Shown here one piece after another: positions 1 through 12,915 of a DNA stretch of 64,000 nt. Every line of letters starts with the position of its first letter. Position 1 is the stretch's first letter. Below the pieces are notes generated by a model. The model was not told where the DNA came from. It ran no database searches and was given only the letters and a program-made list of their open reading frames with translations. Origin of the DNA: Heterodontus francisci (taxonomy: Eukaryota); NCBI RefSeq assembly GCF_036365525.1, contig NC_090373.1, positions 97,683,461 through 97,747,460 of the forward strand, given 5' to 3'. Made by a program: the position numbers and the translations under genes.

Positions 1-177
1 CCCCAATACCAGGTCCAGTACGGCCCTTTGCCTAGTTGGACTATCTACATATTGTTTCAAGAAGCCCTCCTGGATGCTCCTTACAAATTCTGCCCTATCC
101 AAGCCCCTAGCACAAAGTGAGTCCCAGTCAATATAGGGGAAGTTAAAATCACCCACCATTACAACCCTGTTGCTTTA
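1..177 (-). mobile_element. CR1/HER1-like LINE ORF2 (endonuclease region) fragment, cut by the window edge
   Basis: Near-identical to 27604-27780 of the minus-strand CR1 copy (ccccaataccaggtcc...caagaagccctcctggatgctccttacaaattctgccc). Confidence 0.85.
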
Positions 178-470
178 GTTATGAGAAAGTTGACAGCTGG
201 TCTAATCAAGGTCAGTTAAAGGGATTGATGAGGTAGATACAGATGAAACTATTTCCTCTGCTGGGGGAATCTAGAACCAATGGCCATAATCTTAAAATTA
301 GAGCTTGGCCATTTAGGAATGAAATCAGAAAGCACTTTTCACACGATGGGTTGTGGAAATCTAGAGTTGTGTCCCAATAAAAGGGCGTTGTCAAGGTCAA
401 TTAAAATTTTCAAGACTGAGATTGACAGAGTTTTGTGAGGTAAGGGTTGTAAAAGACATCATATAAATGC
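178..470 (+). mobile_element. Decayed CR1 LINE 3' fragment
   Basis: Resembles the CR1 ORF2 C-terminal coding region (gggattgatgaggtagatacagatgaaactatttcctctg...agaaagcacttttcacacgatgggttgtgg), as at 25100-25280. Confidence 0.65.
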
Positions 471-1090
471 AAGTTCTTTCTTCCTTATAGTAGTCAAATA
501 CTTCGAGATTTTTGACTACAATTACTGGAGCTCTGCTCGGCTTAGTGTCTAAGCTTACTATCGGCAGAAAGTTAAAATGCTGTTTTGCAGAAATGATTTG
601 CCCCCACTCAAGCACTGTGACCACATTCTGCCAGAATGCTGTCTAAAAAGATTCAAATTTAATTATTTTGCCCACATCAGATTGTCACTCCCTAAGAGTT
701 GAGACATATGGCTGTTCAACATTATGATGTTACCTCCATGATTGCTTTCCCTTCAACAGGATAAACAATAGGAAATAGACAAATGAATTTATCGATCAAA
801 ATTATTTCTGATTTTAGCCAGTTTAGGAATTAAACATAATATTAATGCAAAATAATGTCACACTTAGCAGTAAATATTTTGTTGTGGCATTATAAAAAAA
901 CCAATGACATCACATTTTGCTTCGGAAATCTAGAAAATACAAGTGCCGTGTTCAGATTAATTGCATTAAATGTTGCAAAATGTTGTCAGAACATTGTCTT
1001 TAAGTATTTTTTGTTTGTTTTCAATAGATAATGATAGATTTCAGATAGCTTTTACATGACACTATTCTCATTGAGACATGCAGAGACACT

Positions 1091-1878
1091 GGGCTGGATT
1101 TTCAAAAAACGGAGGCCTGCCCGTGCGGGCCACACGCCAAAGAACTGCTGCAACCTCCTGTCCACAGCTCATTTAAATGGCTGGAGTGGCCGACCGCCCA
1201 ATCACATGGAGGGGGCGGGCTGTCTGCTGCTGGCAATGGCATCAGCTGCCTGTGCGCAGGTGGTGGCGCCATTTTTAAAGGCCAGACAGCTCTGCTGGCA
1301 CATTTAAATTTTTAACGAAGTAACCCCGCAAAATTAAATAAATACATTTATAACCCCTCTTTCCCACCCTTCCAATAACAATTACATAACTATTTCCCCT
1401 GTCCCCTAAAAAATGCTTACCTTTTACATCTGTCCTTGTCCCCACAAACTTGAAGGTCAACCCTTCCCACCATCCCCTATACCCATTACATTTATTTGAC
1501 CTCCCTTCCCCCCACTACTGCACTTAAAATCTTACCTCCTCCCCACTCCCCACCAGTGTGGTGCCGCGTTTCCCTGGACGGGGATTTGAAACCATGGGAG
1601 TGCCAGCCGCCAGGCCGAAGATTGTGGCAGGCCCTCAAGATCGCAGGTAAGTCTATTTAAGTGTATTACTTTTACTGATCTGAGTATTTTAATTGAGGTC
1701 CCATCGCCTAGTGGCTGGGGGCTGCCACGGAGCCTCACCACTGACGGGGGGATTGTGACGGGCGTTCGCGGCGCAGAGGTCTGTGGCGGGCCTCATCCGG
1801 AGCCATCATGCCTCCCCCACCCACCCCCACCTCCCCCCGCCACGGAACCCGACGCCTGGGGAGAACAAAATCCAGCCC
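1091..1878. mobile_element. Non-autonomous PIF/Harbinger element (MITE)
   Basis: TIRs GGGCTGGATTTT (1091) and AAAATCCAGCCC (1867-1878). 3-bp TSD ACT at 1088-1090 and 1879-1881. Left end homologous to the Harbinger at 13222 (gctcatttaaatggctgg...caatcac.tggaggg...gcaatggcatcagctgcctgtgc). Confidence 0.85.
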
Positions 1879-3244
1879 ACTATAAACCACTAGAGGGGAA
1901 TTCAACAAAGCAATGTATATACAATTAATACCTTGTAATTATTCCCATTTATCAATTTTTTAATTTAAATGTTTTGTAGTTTTCTTTAAGCTACAGCAAG
2001 AGCTTTTATTGATGTAGATGGCAAAGCATTCAGCAGTTTATGCATGAGAACATCTGTGCTAAACAATTTTAATATGATCACTACAGGTTTATTGAGCATT
2101 AATCAACAGTTGATTCAATGGAAATGAAGTTAGGGCCTTGAAATTATGATTCATGAAGGTTAGTGTATGAGCACTTAACATGTTTGCATTGAATTCCTTC
2201 CTCCTCTATTTTATTGGTGATATTAAACAAATGAATTCCTGAGGGTTTTCTCCCAATTGTCTGCTGCACTTTGGTGGAAGATTCACAGAAAGGGTGCTTA
2301 TGCAGTTTCTCCAGGGTTCCTGCAGATCTTCTGGTTGAAGTTACAGCAGTCAATTGAGAGGACATTTGCAGAAATTCAAACTCTTAACACCCCACCCCCA
2401 TTAATCCAGGATTTACCAATGAATAGGGATGCATTCAAACTGTTTTAACACTTTTTTGATACAGTTAGTTTGCCACCTTGAACTGGCTAAATCTTGGCTT
2501 TGAGGTGTATTTTTTCTCTTACAATCTCTGTTTAAGTTTTGTACAAATGAAACACATCAAAATGTGTTTCTACTACTATTCTTCAGATGGAGAAATTTTA
2601 AGAATGTGTAGATTATGGGGCGAAATTTCAATATGTGTTTCTGGCAGAAAGCCAACACAAATTTCACAAATTTTAATTTTAAGTGTTAGGAAATCAGACA
2701 CAGCCAACCATTTTAAATGGTAGGAAAATCATACCTGCATTTCCAATATGCACTTGAGCAAGGGAGCACCTTCAACTTAAAGAACTGCAATATTTCCTGG
2801 AAAACAGACCAAAATATGAGGTTAGCTATATATTTATGCTGATAGCAGATTGTTCCAATATGCTACCTGTAGGCAGATTTATCCTTTTGTCCATGTTCAC
2901 AAACTTATAAACACAATTGCAGATTTTTATTGTGCTAGTTATAACTTATGATGGGAAATAGAAAAGTCATTATATATCTACATCACAAAAAAATTCCCTT
3001 TAGAGCACAAAAATAGTTTGGTTGCATTTATAAGATCGTTACTTCGAAAGACAGCACAGTGAGTGATAATCATATTGACAATATTAATTCCACACTGATC
3101 TACACACATTGTTAATCTTTCAGTGCAAGCACTTCCTCCTAATTCACATTACTCATTTACAATATTGTGCCTGAAATTATCAAAATAGGATTGTTTACTT
3201 TCAAAATATATGTCATAAAATCCAATTTACCAGTATCATGCTAG

Positions 3245-4111
3245 GTATGACACCTGCCAAGAATGAAGCACATTAATTTTGTCATAAACATTGATTTTAA
3301 ACTGTTACTGGAGTGAAGAAAGGAGTTGTTAAACAGATCAGCTGTGACTGGAAAAGACATTTGCATATTAACAGACAGTAATTGGAAGGACAAAGGACCA
3401 TTCCCTAACACATTCAACCCACAATGGACCTTGATCATCAGGTATTGTGTGTAAGAAGAGACTGCTGTAATCCAAGGCCAGTTAATCACATGACTAACCT
3501 GCTTGGCAACCTGGGTTTTTCTGAATTGTACAAACAGTTTGAACTCAGAGAGAAAGTCTGTTTGCTCCTGAACTGAGAAGATCTCTCCTGTCTGCTCCCA
3601 TCTCTTTGTCTTCACAAGTCTCTGAATCCACTGAAGGCACATGAACCCCAATAGAGAAAAGTCTCCTACAGCGAACAAGGTTTAAGACGAATACTGGGCC
3701 CTAACGAAAAGCAAGGTCTACCTACAATCAAGGACTCTATAGTGAGCTCGAAGAACTGCAACAAAAACTCTTCGGATATTGCCTCAAACTTTTCACTTTA
3801 TTTTTCTTCTGCTCTTTTCCGTCTCTATTTGCATGTGTGTATCACGTATGCATGCTAGTGTGGGTGCATCATGTATCCGTAGGCATCAACCGAATTAGAG
3901 TTTAAGTTTGATAAATTTTAACTTTTCTTCTTTAAACCTAAGAAAGTCTATTTGTGCTGGTTTCTTTGCCTTATAATTGGAAAGCGGTGAACAAGGATTC
4001 ACCAAGGGGGAGGTAAAAAACACAATGTGTTTAAAATTAAACCCTGTTTACGGTAAGACCAGATGAAGGCTGAAAGAGAACCTGTAGACCTCTTTCTCAC
4101 CTGGTCGTAAC
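3245..4111 (+). mobile_element. Degenerate solo LTR, same family as 19883-20855
   Basis: Shares cacctgccaa...attaattt.gtcata at the start, gtatgcatgctagtgtgg internally and ctcacctggtcg.aac at the end with the solo LTR at 19883-20855. Termini are damaged. Confidence 0.75.
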
Positions 4112-5909
4112 TCCAGAATAATAGTTCCCCAGAGCTAAATGCATAACCAGAATTTGTACACTGCACAAAATCTATTCATAGATCGTTTGTACTTAGATGT
4201 AACAAAGTCAAGGGAACTGTCACACCAGTTCATGTATAACTACTATAATTAGTACTGATATCCGTACAAATAGCAAACAAAAAAAATCTCTTGAATATTA
4301 AGGACTCATTAGCAAGATAAATATGGAGTAATTTACAGCAAAATGCTTCATTGGCTACTACTTCCATATGTAAATATGGAATACACCCCCTGTACTAATT
4401 AATGTCTTTAAAGTTGACTGTGAGTGCTTCAGACTGCAAGAAGAACTCTTCAGCCCGATTGTTTGTGGTAAATTGTTCTAATGAAGAGACTTGAGTTGAG
4501 TTTTACCTGTTGCCATTTGAAAAGTAGCACAGGATTATAGGGAACTAAAGATCTGGGAGGATTGTGCTGAAAAGAATCAACAAGAGAAACTGTTACCCTC
4601 CAGAGAGAAGTTTCTTCAGGAAAGACTTTGCCTTGTGGTAATAATGTAATGTAGTTTTATTGCAGTAGCTTCCAGTGAAAGTAAAAGTAATCTTTTTTGC
4701 CAGTCTTCAGTTTTTAAGGCACAGCAATTTTTTTTTAAATATGATGAAATGTCAGGTATATATTATTGCTTTAGAGAGCAAACACTGTACTCAAAGTCTG
4801 TATAGCTAAATCAAAGCATCATATATTGTCATCAACTTTCCAAGGCTCCTCAGAACCAGCATGTACTTACCCCATTACAAGTTTTCAGTCTGCCTTCGGT
4901 GGTCTTTTGCGTACAGCAGTGTTAGTCAGTCTGAGCATCTTTTGTTTAGGAGTATGCCTATACTGACCAACATCTAATTATATGACAATATAATAGGAAC
5001 CCTTATGGTCTGAACTAGCTATCTATCATGTCAATCACATGTACCTACAAGCGTGCTTCTTCAATCTTTGAGGATCACTTGATAAGGTTAGACACAAATT
5101 GTTAAGCTGCTTTGTTTCTGAGACAGCCGGTGAATTTAACCCTGCTTCCCCAGCAGAAACTGAGTGGTGGGCAGTTAGATTTCCAAGGGAGGCTTGACCA
5201 CTGATATGCCGCCATCTTCTTGTGGTCTTCAATTTTAACCTGCTCTTCCAAGGAGCGGAAAGGACACCCACTGGAAACCAGCAAGGTCCTTCGATTAATA
5301 TACAGATATGTCATCAGGGCCCAACTGCTATTTTAATCAGCATCCCAAGCAGGGAAGCTGTTATGGCTTTCCCCTCAGGTGAAGCAAATGAGAAGAATGG
5401 TCGGGGCCAAAAGAGGCCCAAAGAGGTACATCTTTAAACTTTTGTTATTTCCTTGCAGAGTGAATTACCCGCCCATCATAGAGGCCGTTTACTGTAAATG
5501 AAATTCAAACAGTTTCTAAAATGAGTGGGTGATCCACTCTGCTGATCTATCACTCAAGCAGTAACGATAAAAATTACCCCCATGTGTATTTCCACTCAGA
5601 GGGCTGAATCCCTGATTTCTTCCCATCTTCATGGATGTCCACTAGTGGGCCATCTTGCAACCATTCTCTTTAAGCCTGTGCAAATTAATTTTGTTTTAAA
5701 ATACAGCCCTGGAGCATAACTCAATCCCACAATCCTTTCATGAAAGATTCAGAATCCTGCTGCAATAATATTATTTCCTAGCATAATTTGTTTTCATTGA
5801 AATTGAATGATGATTTAGCTGATAGCAAATAAACTATAATTGAATTGATATTCCTGAGCTGGAGAGAAGAAAAAAAAAAGAGTCTTGCTGGTTCCAGATT
5901 TTATCTAAT

Positions 5910-6445
5910 TTATAAAGAGGTATAAAGGCCAGGAAGTTATGCTAAACCTATATAAAATATTAGTTTGCCTCAGTTGGAGTATTGTCTCCAAGGGCGTGAA
6001 AGCTTTGAGAGGGGACAAAAGAGATTTTCTAGAATGGTTCCAGGGATAAAGATTATAGTTACATGGATAGACTAGAGAAGCTGGGGTTGTCCCCCTTACA
6101 GCAAAGAAGGCTAAGAGGAGTTTTAATAAGGTTTAGGTCAAATAAATAAAGTGAAACAGTTTCCAATGGTTGAAGGGTCGATAACCAGAGGTTATAAATT
6201 TAAGGGGATTGGCAAAAGAACCAGAGGCGACATCAGGAAAAAAAATTACGCAATGGGTGGTTAGGATTTGAGAACTCTGATGAGTTGGCTCATACACATT
6301 CAATAGTAGGCTTTGAAAGAGAATTGGATAAATACTTGAAGGAGAAAAAATTGCATGGAGTCAGACTAACTGGTCTGCTCTTTAAAAGAGCCGCACAACT
6401 CAATGGGTCGAATGGTCTCCTGCTATACTAAGCTGTGCTATGATT
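5910..6445 (+). mobile_element. Decayed CR1 LINE 3' end
   Basis: ggaagttatgctaaacctatataaa...gatagactagagaagctggggttg...atgggtcgaatggtctcctgct: CR1 ORF2 C-terminus plus 3' UTR. Confidence 0.8.
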
Positions 6446-6910
6446 TTATTAGTCTGTTCTAGAAAATGTAGGAGTAAAGAATTTGGGTGTAGACAGAATG
6501 TTGGCTATGATGCCCCTTGTTCAAATAACATCCTCATGCTTATCATCCAGGCTTACATGTAAAGATGGCTATTTTTAAAGGAACCGGCAGATCACAGGTA
6601 TCTATAAAATCACATCCCAACACAAGTTAGCATGTATGTGTGCGCGTGTGTGCATGTGTTCGGAGAAGGAAGAAACTTGCACTATTGTGTAATTTTATTC
6701 TAAAAGTTTTGAGAAGTGTACAGTATGTTCAAACATCATAGTTCCATGTATCTTACCCCCAGGAAATAACAGAATATGATGAATACAATATACAAAATAG
6801 AGGTACAATTTAGAGCAATTATACGTATTAAAGTTTTAAAACATTTCAGTGTCAAAGTATATTTTTCTAACTGTACCAAATTAAAGAAACCTATGTACTG
6901 ATCTGTACAA

Positions 6911-6927
6911 TTTATCTTCTTTTCTAG
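6911..6927 (+). promoter_or_regulatory. Putative splice acceptor for the TAAR coding exon (5' UTR intron)
   Basis: Polypyrimidine tract tttatcttcttttctAG, 80 nt upstream of ATG 7008. Similar acceptors lie before the other TAARs (AG at 41681-41682 and 52165-52166). Confidence 0.45.
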
Positions 6928-7007
6928 GACCTCCAGAAAACAGTACTATGGCCTGCCAAAGATAATTTAGCAGAACTGATTTATACATTTTAGTCTGAAA
7001 CTGTGAG

Positions 7008-8048
7008 ATGACAAATTCAACATCTGGTGCGATTGTGGAAAACCTGCAATACTGCTTTGAATTTGTCAATGAATCTTGCCCCAAAACTGTTAGGTCAACA
7101 GCTATCCAAACAACACTGTACATTTTTATGATAACATCAATTCTGATCACAGTGTTTGGAAACTTAATGGTGATCATTTCAATCTCACACTTCAGGCAGC
7201 TCCAGAAGCCGACTAACTGCCTTGTACTTTCCTTGGCTGTTGCAGATTTTCTTGTGGGTTTCTTGGTCATGCCGTGTAGCATGGTGAGATCCATTGAAAC
7301 ATGTTGGTATTTTGGGAGTACATTTTGTAAAATTCACTCAAGCTTAGATATGATGATGAGTACATCATCTATTTTTCATTTGTGTTTTATTGCAATTGAC
7401 CGCTATTGTGCTGTGTGTGACCCTTTACTCTACTTGACAAAAATCACTCCTCTTGTAATTGCCATTTTTGTCACAGTTAGTTGAATGATTCCTGCACTAT
7501 TTGCATTTGGTGTAGTCTTCTCTGAGATTAATCTCATGGGCATTGAGGATATAATTGCTTCCAGTTCTTGTGTAGGTAGTTGTGTTCTTCTGTTCAATGA
7601 ACTGTGGGGAGTATTGGCTCCAACAATTACATTTTTCATTCCGGGTACCGTAATGCTGAGTATTTATATCAAAATATTTTTTGTGGCAAGAAAGCATGCC
7701 AGAGCAATTGAGAATACAAACAAGGAAACTAATTTTGCAGAAGAAAATAAAAACAGTATCTCAAGAAGTAAAGAGAGCAAGGCTGCAAAAACACTAGGGA
7801 TAGTGATGGGTATCTTTTTGACTTGCTGGATTCCTTTCTTTATAACCACTGTTATCAATCCAATTATACATTTTTCCACATTGCCAATTATATTTGATAC
7901 ATTTGTATGGTTTGGCTATTTTAATTCTGCTTTCAATCCAATGCTTTATGCTTTCTTTTACCCCTGGTTTCGTAAATCATTAAAACTTATCCTGACCAGA
8001 AAGATATTCGACTCCGATTCTTCAACAATTAATTTATTCACAGAATAG
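7008..8048 (+). pseudogene. TAAR: TAAR-family GPCR, 346-codon frame with one in-frame stop (TGA at 7482-7484, replacing W4.50)
   Basis: ORFs 7008-7484 and 7485-8048 are contiguous and in one frame. Motifs: [24 protein letters not shown]3.32 (D114), DRY, KAAKTLG, CWIP and the TAAR fingerprint NSAFNPMLYAFFYPWFRK. Paralogues have Trp at the stop position. Confidence 0.9.
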
Positions 8049-8978
8049 TTAAAGGAAATATGCTTTGTACAATCTGGTCTTCAGCCCAGTAATTTTTCTA
8101 AATACTTCATTAATGTCAAGTCTTTACACTGATGTGTAAAAAAATATTTGACTGTATGATTATGTTCTTACATCCTAGTTTTTGCTCTACATAACTCATC
8201 TTTCTGTTGAAACAGCTTGAAACTTTGGATCTATTTATTATAATTAGTAATTCAGGTTTGGTGAAAGAATGTGTTATTAATCTAGACTGGCCTGACTGCA
8301 TGTTTGTTGCACATGTAGTTAATCACACAGTGCTTATTGTTATAACGCCCTTTGTAATCAACATTAAAGTGAAAATGGGAGGAAACAAAATTGTCACAGT
8401 TGAAATTAATGACAATTAGATATAAACTTTAATTGTCTGGTCTTTTGACCAGTTTTTTTTATTGTTAACATTTTATGTTATATTACAAGTTGAAGCAGGG
8501 TCAGGACTCATTGATCAATAAAACACATTGATTAGAGTTGAAACCAAGTGAGGTTTATTCATCTAAGGCAGTTGTGTCTTTAATTGCGGTGACAAATAAA
8601 ACAGTAACACAGATTCCAGCCGACACCATCTCACTCTCAATTCCTTTCTCTCCTCAACTGAGCTATTTCCCTGCCTTTTATTCTTATAGGTTGGGGTTGT
8701 TCTTGATTAAAGGCAATTAACATCAATGGTTTCTTAAAGCGCTACCATCTTCCCTTGGCCCTTCTGACATTTTATATAACTTCTTAAAGTTGTACCCCTA
8801 TCATGGATATAGAACTCTCAATTGCCTATGATTCACATGTTGTCCCTCTCACTGTTTCATGTCCAGCTCACTAATAATCTATCTAGCTCTATGCTCAACT
8901 ATAAAGAAGGCATAGGGTTCAAGGAACAAAAACTAGCATGTAACCTGAACATTCTTATCCTTATTTGCCTACCTTCAA

Positions 8979-9340
8979 TTTTTTTTTTAATTTGTTTATG
9001 GGATGTGGGTGTCACTGACTAGGCCAGCATTTATTGCCCATCACTAATTGCCATTGAACTGAGTGACTTACTAGGCCATTGCTGTGGGTCTGGAATCATG
9101 TGCAGACCAGGTAAGGACAGCATATTTCCTTCCCTAAAGGACATTAGTGAACCAGATGGGTTTTTACAGCAATTGACAATGGTTTCATGGTCACCATTAG
9201 ACTAGCTTTTAATTGCAGATTTATTAATTGAATTCAAATTTCACCATCTGTCATGGTGGGATATGAACCCATGCCCCCAGAACATGAGCCTAGGCGCTGG
9301 ATTACTAGTCCAGTGAATTTACCACTACACCTCTGCTTCC
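8979..9340 (-). mobile_element. tRNA-headed SINE (probably MetaSINE-type) matching the head plus tail of the LINE at 46831-50095
   Basis: Reverse complement: A-box-like ggtgtagtgg, B-box-like gggttcatatccc, body ggttcactaatgtcctttagggaaggaaa, then actcagtt joined to caa.ggcaattag.gatgggcaataaatgctggcct...cccacatccca and poly-A. Confidence 0.85.
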
Positions 9341-9702
9341 TCCATGGTCCAGTACCAGTCAGGAAGGTTCTTCCTAATAAATAGTAGTTTAGTGTCTCCA
9401 CTGCCTATTTGATCACTTAACTCTCTTTCTGAACTGTAGCATAGTTGTGTTTTCAAGGCAGCAACTTTCTATTCAGGTACATTATGGGATGCTTGGCATC
9501 TTCGATAACCTGGGATAATGCTGTGCTTAGCTCAACATCTGATGCATCTTTCTGGAGGCTGAACTCCCAGGAGAAATCCAGAACGATCAGTACTGAGTCT
9601 GAGGATAAGGTATCCCTGATGTCCACAAATGCTGTTTCCCCTCAAGGGGTCTATCGGACCATAATCTGCTCCCAGGATTTGATTTGATTGCCTGTTGGCA
9701 AA

Positions 9703-10055
9703 GTTTAGTTTTTAGTTTAGAGATACAGCACTGAAACAGGCCCTTCGGCCCACCGAGTCTGTGCCGACCATCAACCACCCATTTATACTAATCCTACACT
9801 AATCCCATATTCCTACCACATCCCCACCTGTCCCTATATTACCCTACCACCTACCTATACTAGGGGCAATTTATAATGGCCAATTTACCTATCAACCTGC
9901 CAGTCTTTTGGCTTGTGGGAGGAAACCGGAGCACCCGGAGAAAACCCATGCAGACACAGGGAGAACTTGCAAACTCCACACAGGCAGTACCCAGAATTGA
10001 ACCCAGGTCGCTGGAGCTGTGAGGCTGCGGTGCTAACCACTGCACCACTGTGCCG
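9703..10055 (-). mobile_element. HE1-like V-SINE (tRNA head, CR1/HER1-type tail)
   Basis: Reverse complement: cggcacagtggtgcagtggttagcac...ggttcaattc...gggtgctccggtttcctcccaca...gggccgaagggcctgtttcagtgctgtatctct with a short-repeat tail. Confidence 0.9.
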
Positions 10056-10129
10056 TCTGGGATAAATTGGTGATAATATGCGACAAGACCAGAAAAGTTA
10101 TTAATTGTTTCTTCATTGTGGATCTGGGC

Positions 10130-11390
10130 TATTTCCTAATAGCCTTAACTTTGTCAAGTTGGGGCTTAACCACCCTGCCCCCAAATACATACCCCAGGTA
10201 ATGCACCTCTGACAAACCCAATGGCATTTCCCTGGGTTGGAATCAAGCCTGTTTTTTTTAGGCTATCCATTACCACTTCAAGGTTTTGTTGATGGGACCC
10301 CCAGTTGCCACTGTAGATTACGCATTTCAGTAGGTATGCAGTGGCACACTGAGCACGAGGCCTCAAATTCCAATCCATTTGCCACTGAAAAGTAGGAGTA
10401 GGAGAAAGGAAGGAGAAAGGTGGTAAGCCTCTGCAGCCCAAATGATATCATTCGGCCCTGGTATAGACCTCCAGGTGTTACAAAGATCGTTTTCTCTTTG
10501 TCAGAAATTTTTAGTGGTTTCTGCCAATACTTTTTCGTACAGTCCCAGGTGGACAAGTAGCTGGCATTTCTCAGATAGCAATAGCTCGTTCACCTTAGGC
10601 ACGAGGTAAGTATCAAACTTATACAAAAATAATGTTTAAAAACAGTTGGGTCAAGAGGTCTAAACATACCTATTTCTCTGGACTAATTTTAGTAATTTTA
10701 GTCGCTGCTGTGCCATCAGCTTTTTGGTCAAGTGAACTTCCCCACATTCCTGGGTATTAGTTTCCAAAAGATGCTCTGGCTCAGACATAAGGGCTTTCTG
10801 ATCACTCCATGGTTTTAGCAGATTAATACAATGGATCTGCTCCTTCTATCTTTTGCTCAGGCTGACTAAATTGTAGTTTACAGGCCTTAATTTTTCCACA
10901 ATCTCATATGGGCCCTAACATTGGGTCACAAGTTTGCTGCCAGACGTGGGAACCAGGGGCAAAGCTCTGTTGCCCTGACAAAACCCCTCACCTTAGCCTG
11001 CTCATTGTAGTAGACCAAATGCTTTTCTCATGCCTTTTCCGGGTAGTTTCTGATTACAAGAGTAACCGTCACCAACCTCGCCCTCATTTTCAAGATGTGT
11101 TCCACCACATTCTACAAAATGCTATTCTGTCCCACCCATTTTTCTCCAATAATAGCTAGAAACCAAGGGGTTGTATCTCATAAAGGAACTCAAAATCTGA
11201 AAACTCCCTGGAGGCCTGGGGAGCTTCTTGAATTGCAAACATTAAGCATGGTAATAAGATTTCCAAGTTCTTGCCATCCCTGTCTACTACTTTCCTTAAC
11301 ATACTATGCAAAGTTATTTGAAATGTGACCTGCATGAATGCTGTCAGGATTTGTTCCATGATGGTGGGTCTTGACCTTTCTCAGAGTGCC
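10130..11390 (-). mobile_element. Decayed Gypsy pol fragment with integrase upstream of RT (Gmr1-like order)
   Basis: Minus-strand integrase C-terminal motif DGKN...LLPCLMFAIQEAPQASREFSDFEFLY (11156-11359) precedes the RT motif WDCTKKYWQKPL...KEKTIFVTPGGLYQ...SFGL (10278-10556). Confidence 0.7.
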
Positions 11391-11399
11391 AAAATCCCA

Positions 11400-12915
11400 T
11401 CTGACACCATGTAGAATCAGTATGGGTGGAAATTAGGAATAGCAAGAGTCAAAACTTGCTGGTGGGAGTAGTTCATAGGCTCCCTAACTGAAGTTATACC
11501 ATTGGACAGAGCATTAAATGAGAAATTATTGGAGCTTGTAACAAAGGCAATGTAATAATTGTGGGGGACTTTAACTTTCATATAGACTGGGACAATCAAA
11601 TTGGCAAGGGTGGTCTAGAAGATGAGCTTGTAGGATGGGGCAGCACAGTGGTGCAGTGGTTAGCACTGCAGCCTCACAGCTCCAGCGACCCGGGTTCAAT
11701 TCTGGGTACTGCCTGCGCGGAGTTTGCAAGTTCTCCCTGTGACCGTGTAGGTTTTCGCCGGGTGCTCCGGTTTCCTCCCACAGCCAAAGACTTGCAGGTT
11801 GATAGGTAAATTGGCCATTGTAAATTGCCCCTTGTGTAGGTAGGTGGTAGGAGAATTGAGGGAAGGTGAGGATGTGGTATGAATATGGGATTAATGTAGG
11901 ATTAGTATAAATGGGTGGTTGATGGTCAGCACAGACTCGGTGGGCCGAAGGGCCTGTTTCAGTGCTGTATCTCTAAATAAATAAATAGATGCTTTTGTGA
12001 CAGTTTCCTGGAGCAATACATTGTGAAACTGAATAGGGATAACGCTATTTTAGATCTAGTATTGCAAAATGAGGCAGGATTAATTAGTAATGTCCTAGTG
12101 AAATATCTGCTGGGAAATAGTAATCATAATACCATTGAATTCCATGTTAAGTTTGAAAGTGGCATACTCTAATCACAGACAAGAATCTTAAACTTAAACA
12201 ACACCAATTACATAGGTAAGAGGAGAGAATTGGCTACGGTTGAATAGGGTAAATAGACTAAAAGGTATGGCGGTTAATAAGCAGTGGGAAACATCTAAAG
12301 AAACAATTCAAATTGTTCAACAACTATATATTTCATTGAAAAACAAAAAAATCAGCAAGAAAGACCTATCCATGGCCCACTAAGGAAGTTAAGGATAGTA
12401 TTAGATTGAAGAAGAGGCTTATAATGCTGCAAAGAACAGTAGCACGTCTGAAGATTGGGAGTGTTTCAGAAACCAACAAAGGGTGACCAAAAACTTAATA
12501 AAAAGGGAAAAAATAGAATATGAGAGTAAACTAGCCAGAAATATAAAAACAGATTGTAAGAGCTTTTATAAGTATATAAAAATAGATAGCTAAAGTAAAC
12601 ACTGGTCACTTAGAAGCAGAGATAGGAGAAATTATCATGGGGAATGAAAAAATGGCAGAGGCATTGAGCAAATACTTTGTGACTGTTTTCACAGTAGAAG
12701 ACAAATTTGTATATCAGAAATAGAGGGTAACCTAGGGGCTAAAAAGAGTGAGAAATTAAAGCAACTAATATCGCAGAGAAAAAGTATTGGAGAAACATAA
12801 GGGACTAAAATCCGACAAATCCCCTGGACCGGATGGCCTACATCCTAGGGTTTTAAAAGAGATTGCTACAGATAGTGCATGCTCTGGCTCTGATTTTCCA
12901 AAATTCCTTAGATTT
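11400..12915 (+). mobile_element. CR1 LINE ORF2 internal fragment (APE to RT start), interrupted by an HE1-like SINE
   Basis: WVEI...VGVVHRLP...GDFNFHIDW endonuclease motifs, and KSPGPDGLHPRVLKE near 12810-12860. Confidence 0.85.
11637..11986 (+). mobile_element. HE1-like V-SINE, full length
   Basis: gggcagcacagtggtgcagtggttagcactg (A box), gggttcaattc (B box), V-domain gtgctccggtttcctcccac, tail gggccgaagggcctgtttcagtgctgtatctct(aaat)n. Confidence 0.92.

Noticed and set aside
7482-7484. TGA as selenocysteine
   Set aside because: The position is the conserved Trp4.50, not a Cys, and no SECIS element is recognisable downstream.
7485-8048. Separate 187-aa gene
   Set aside because: It is the in-frame second half of the 7008 TAAR.
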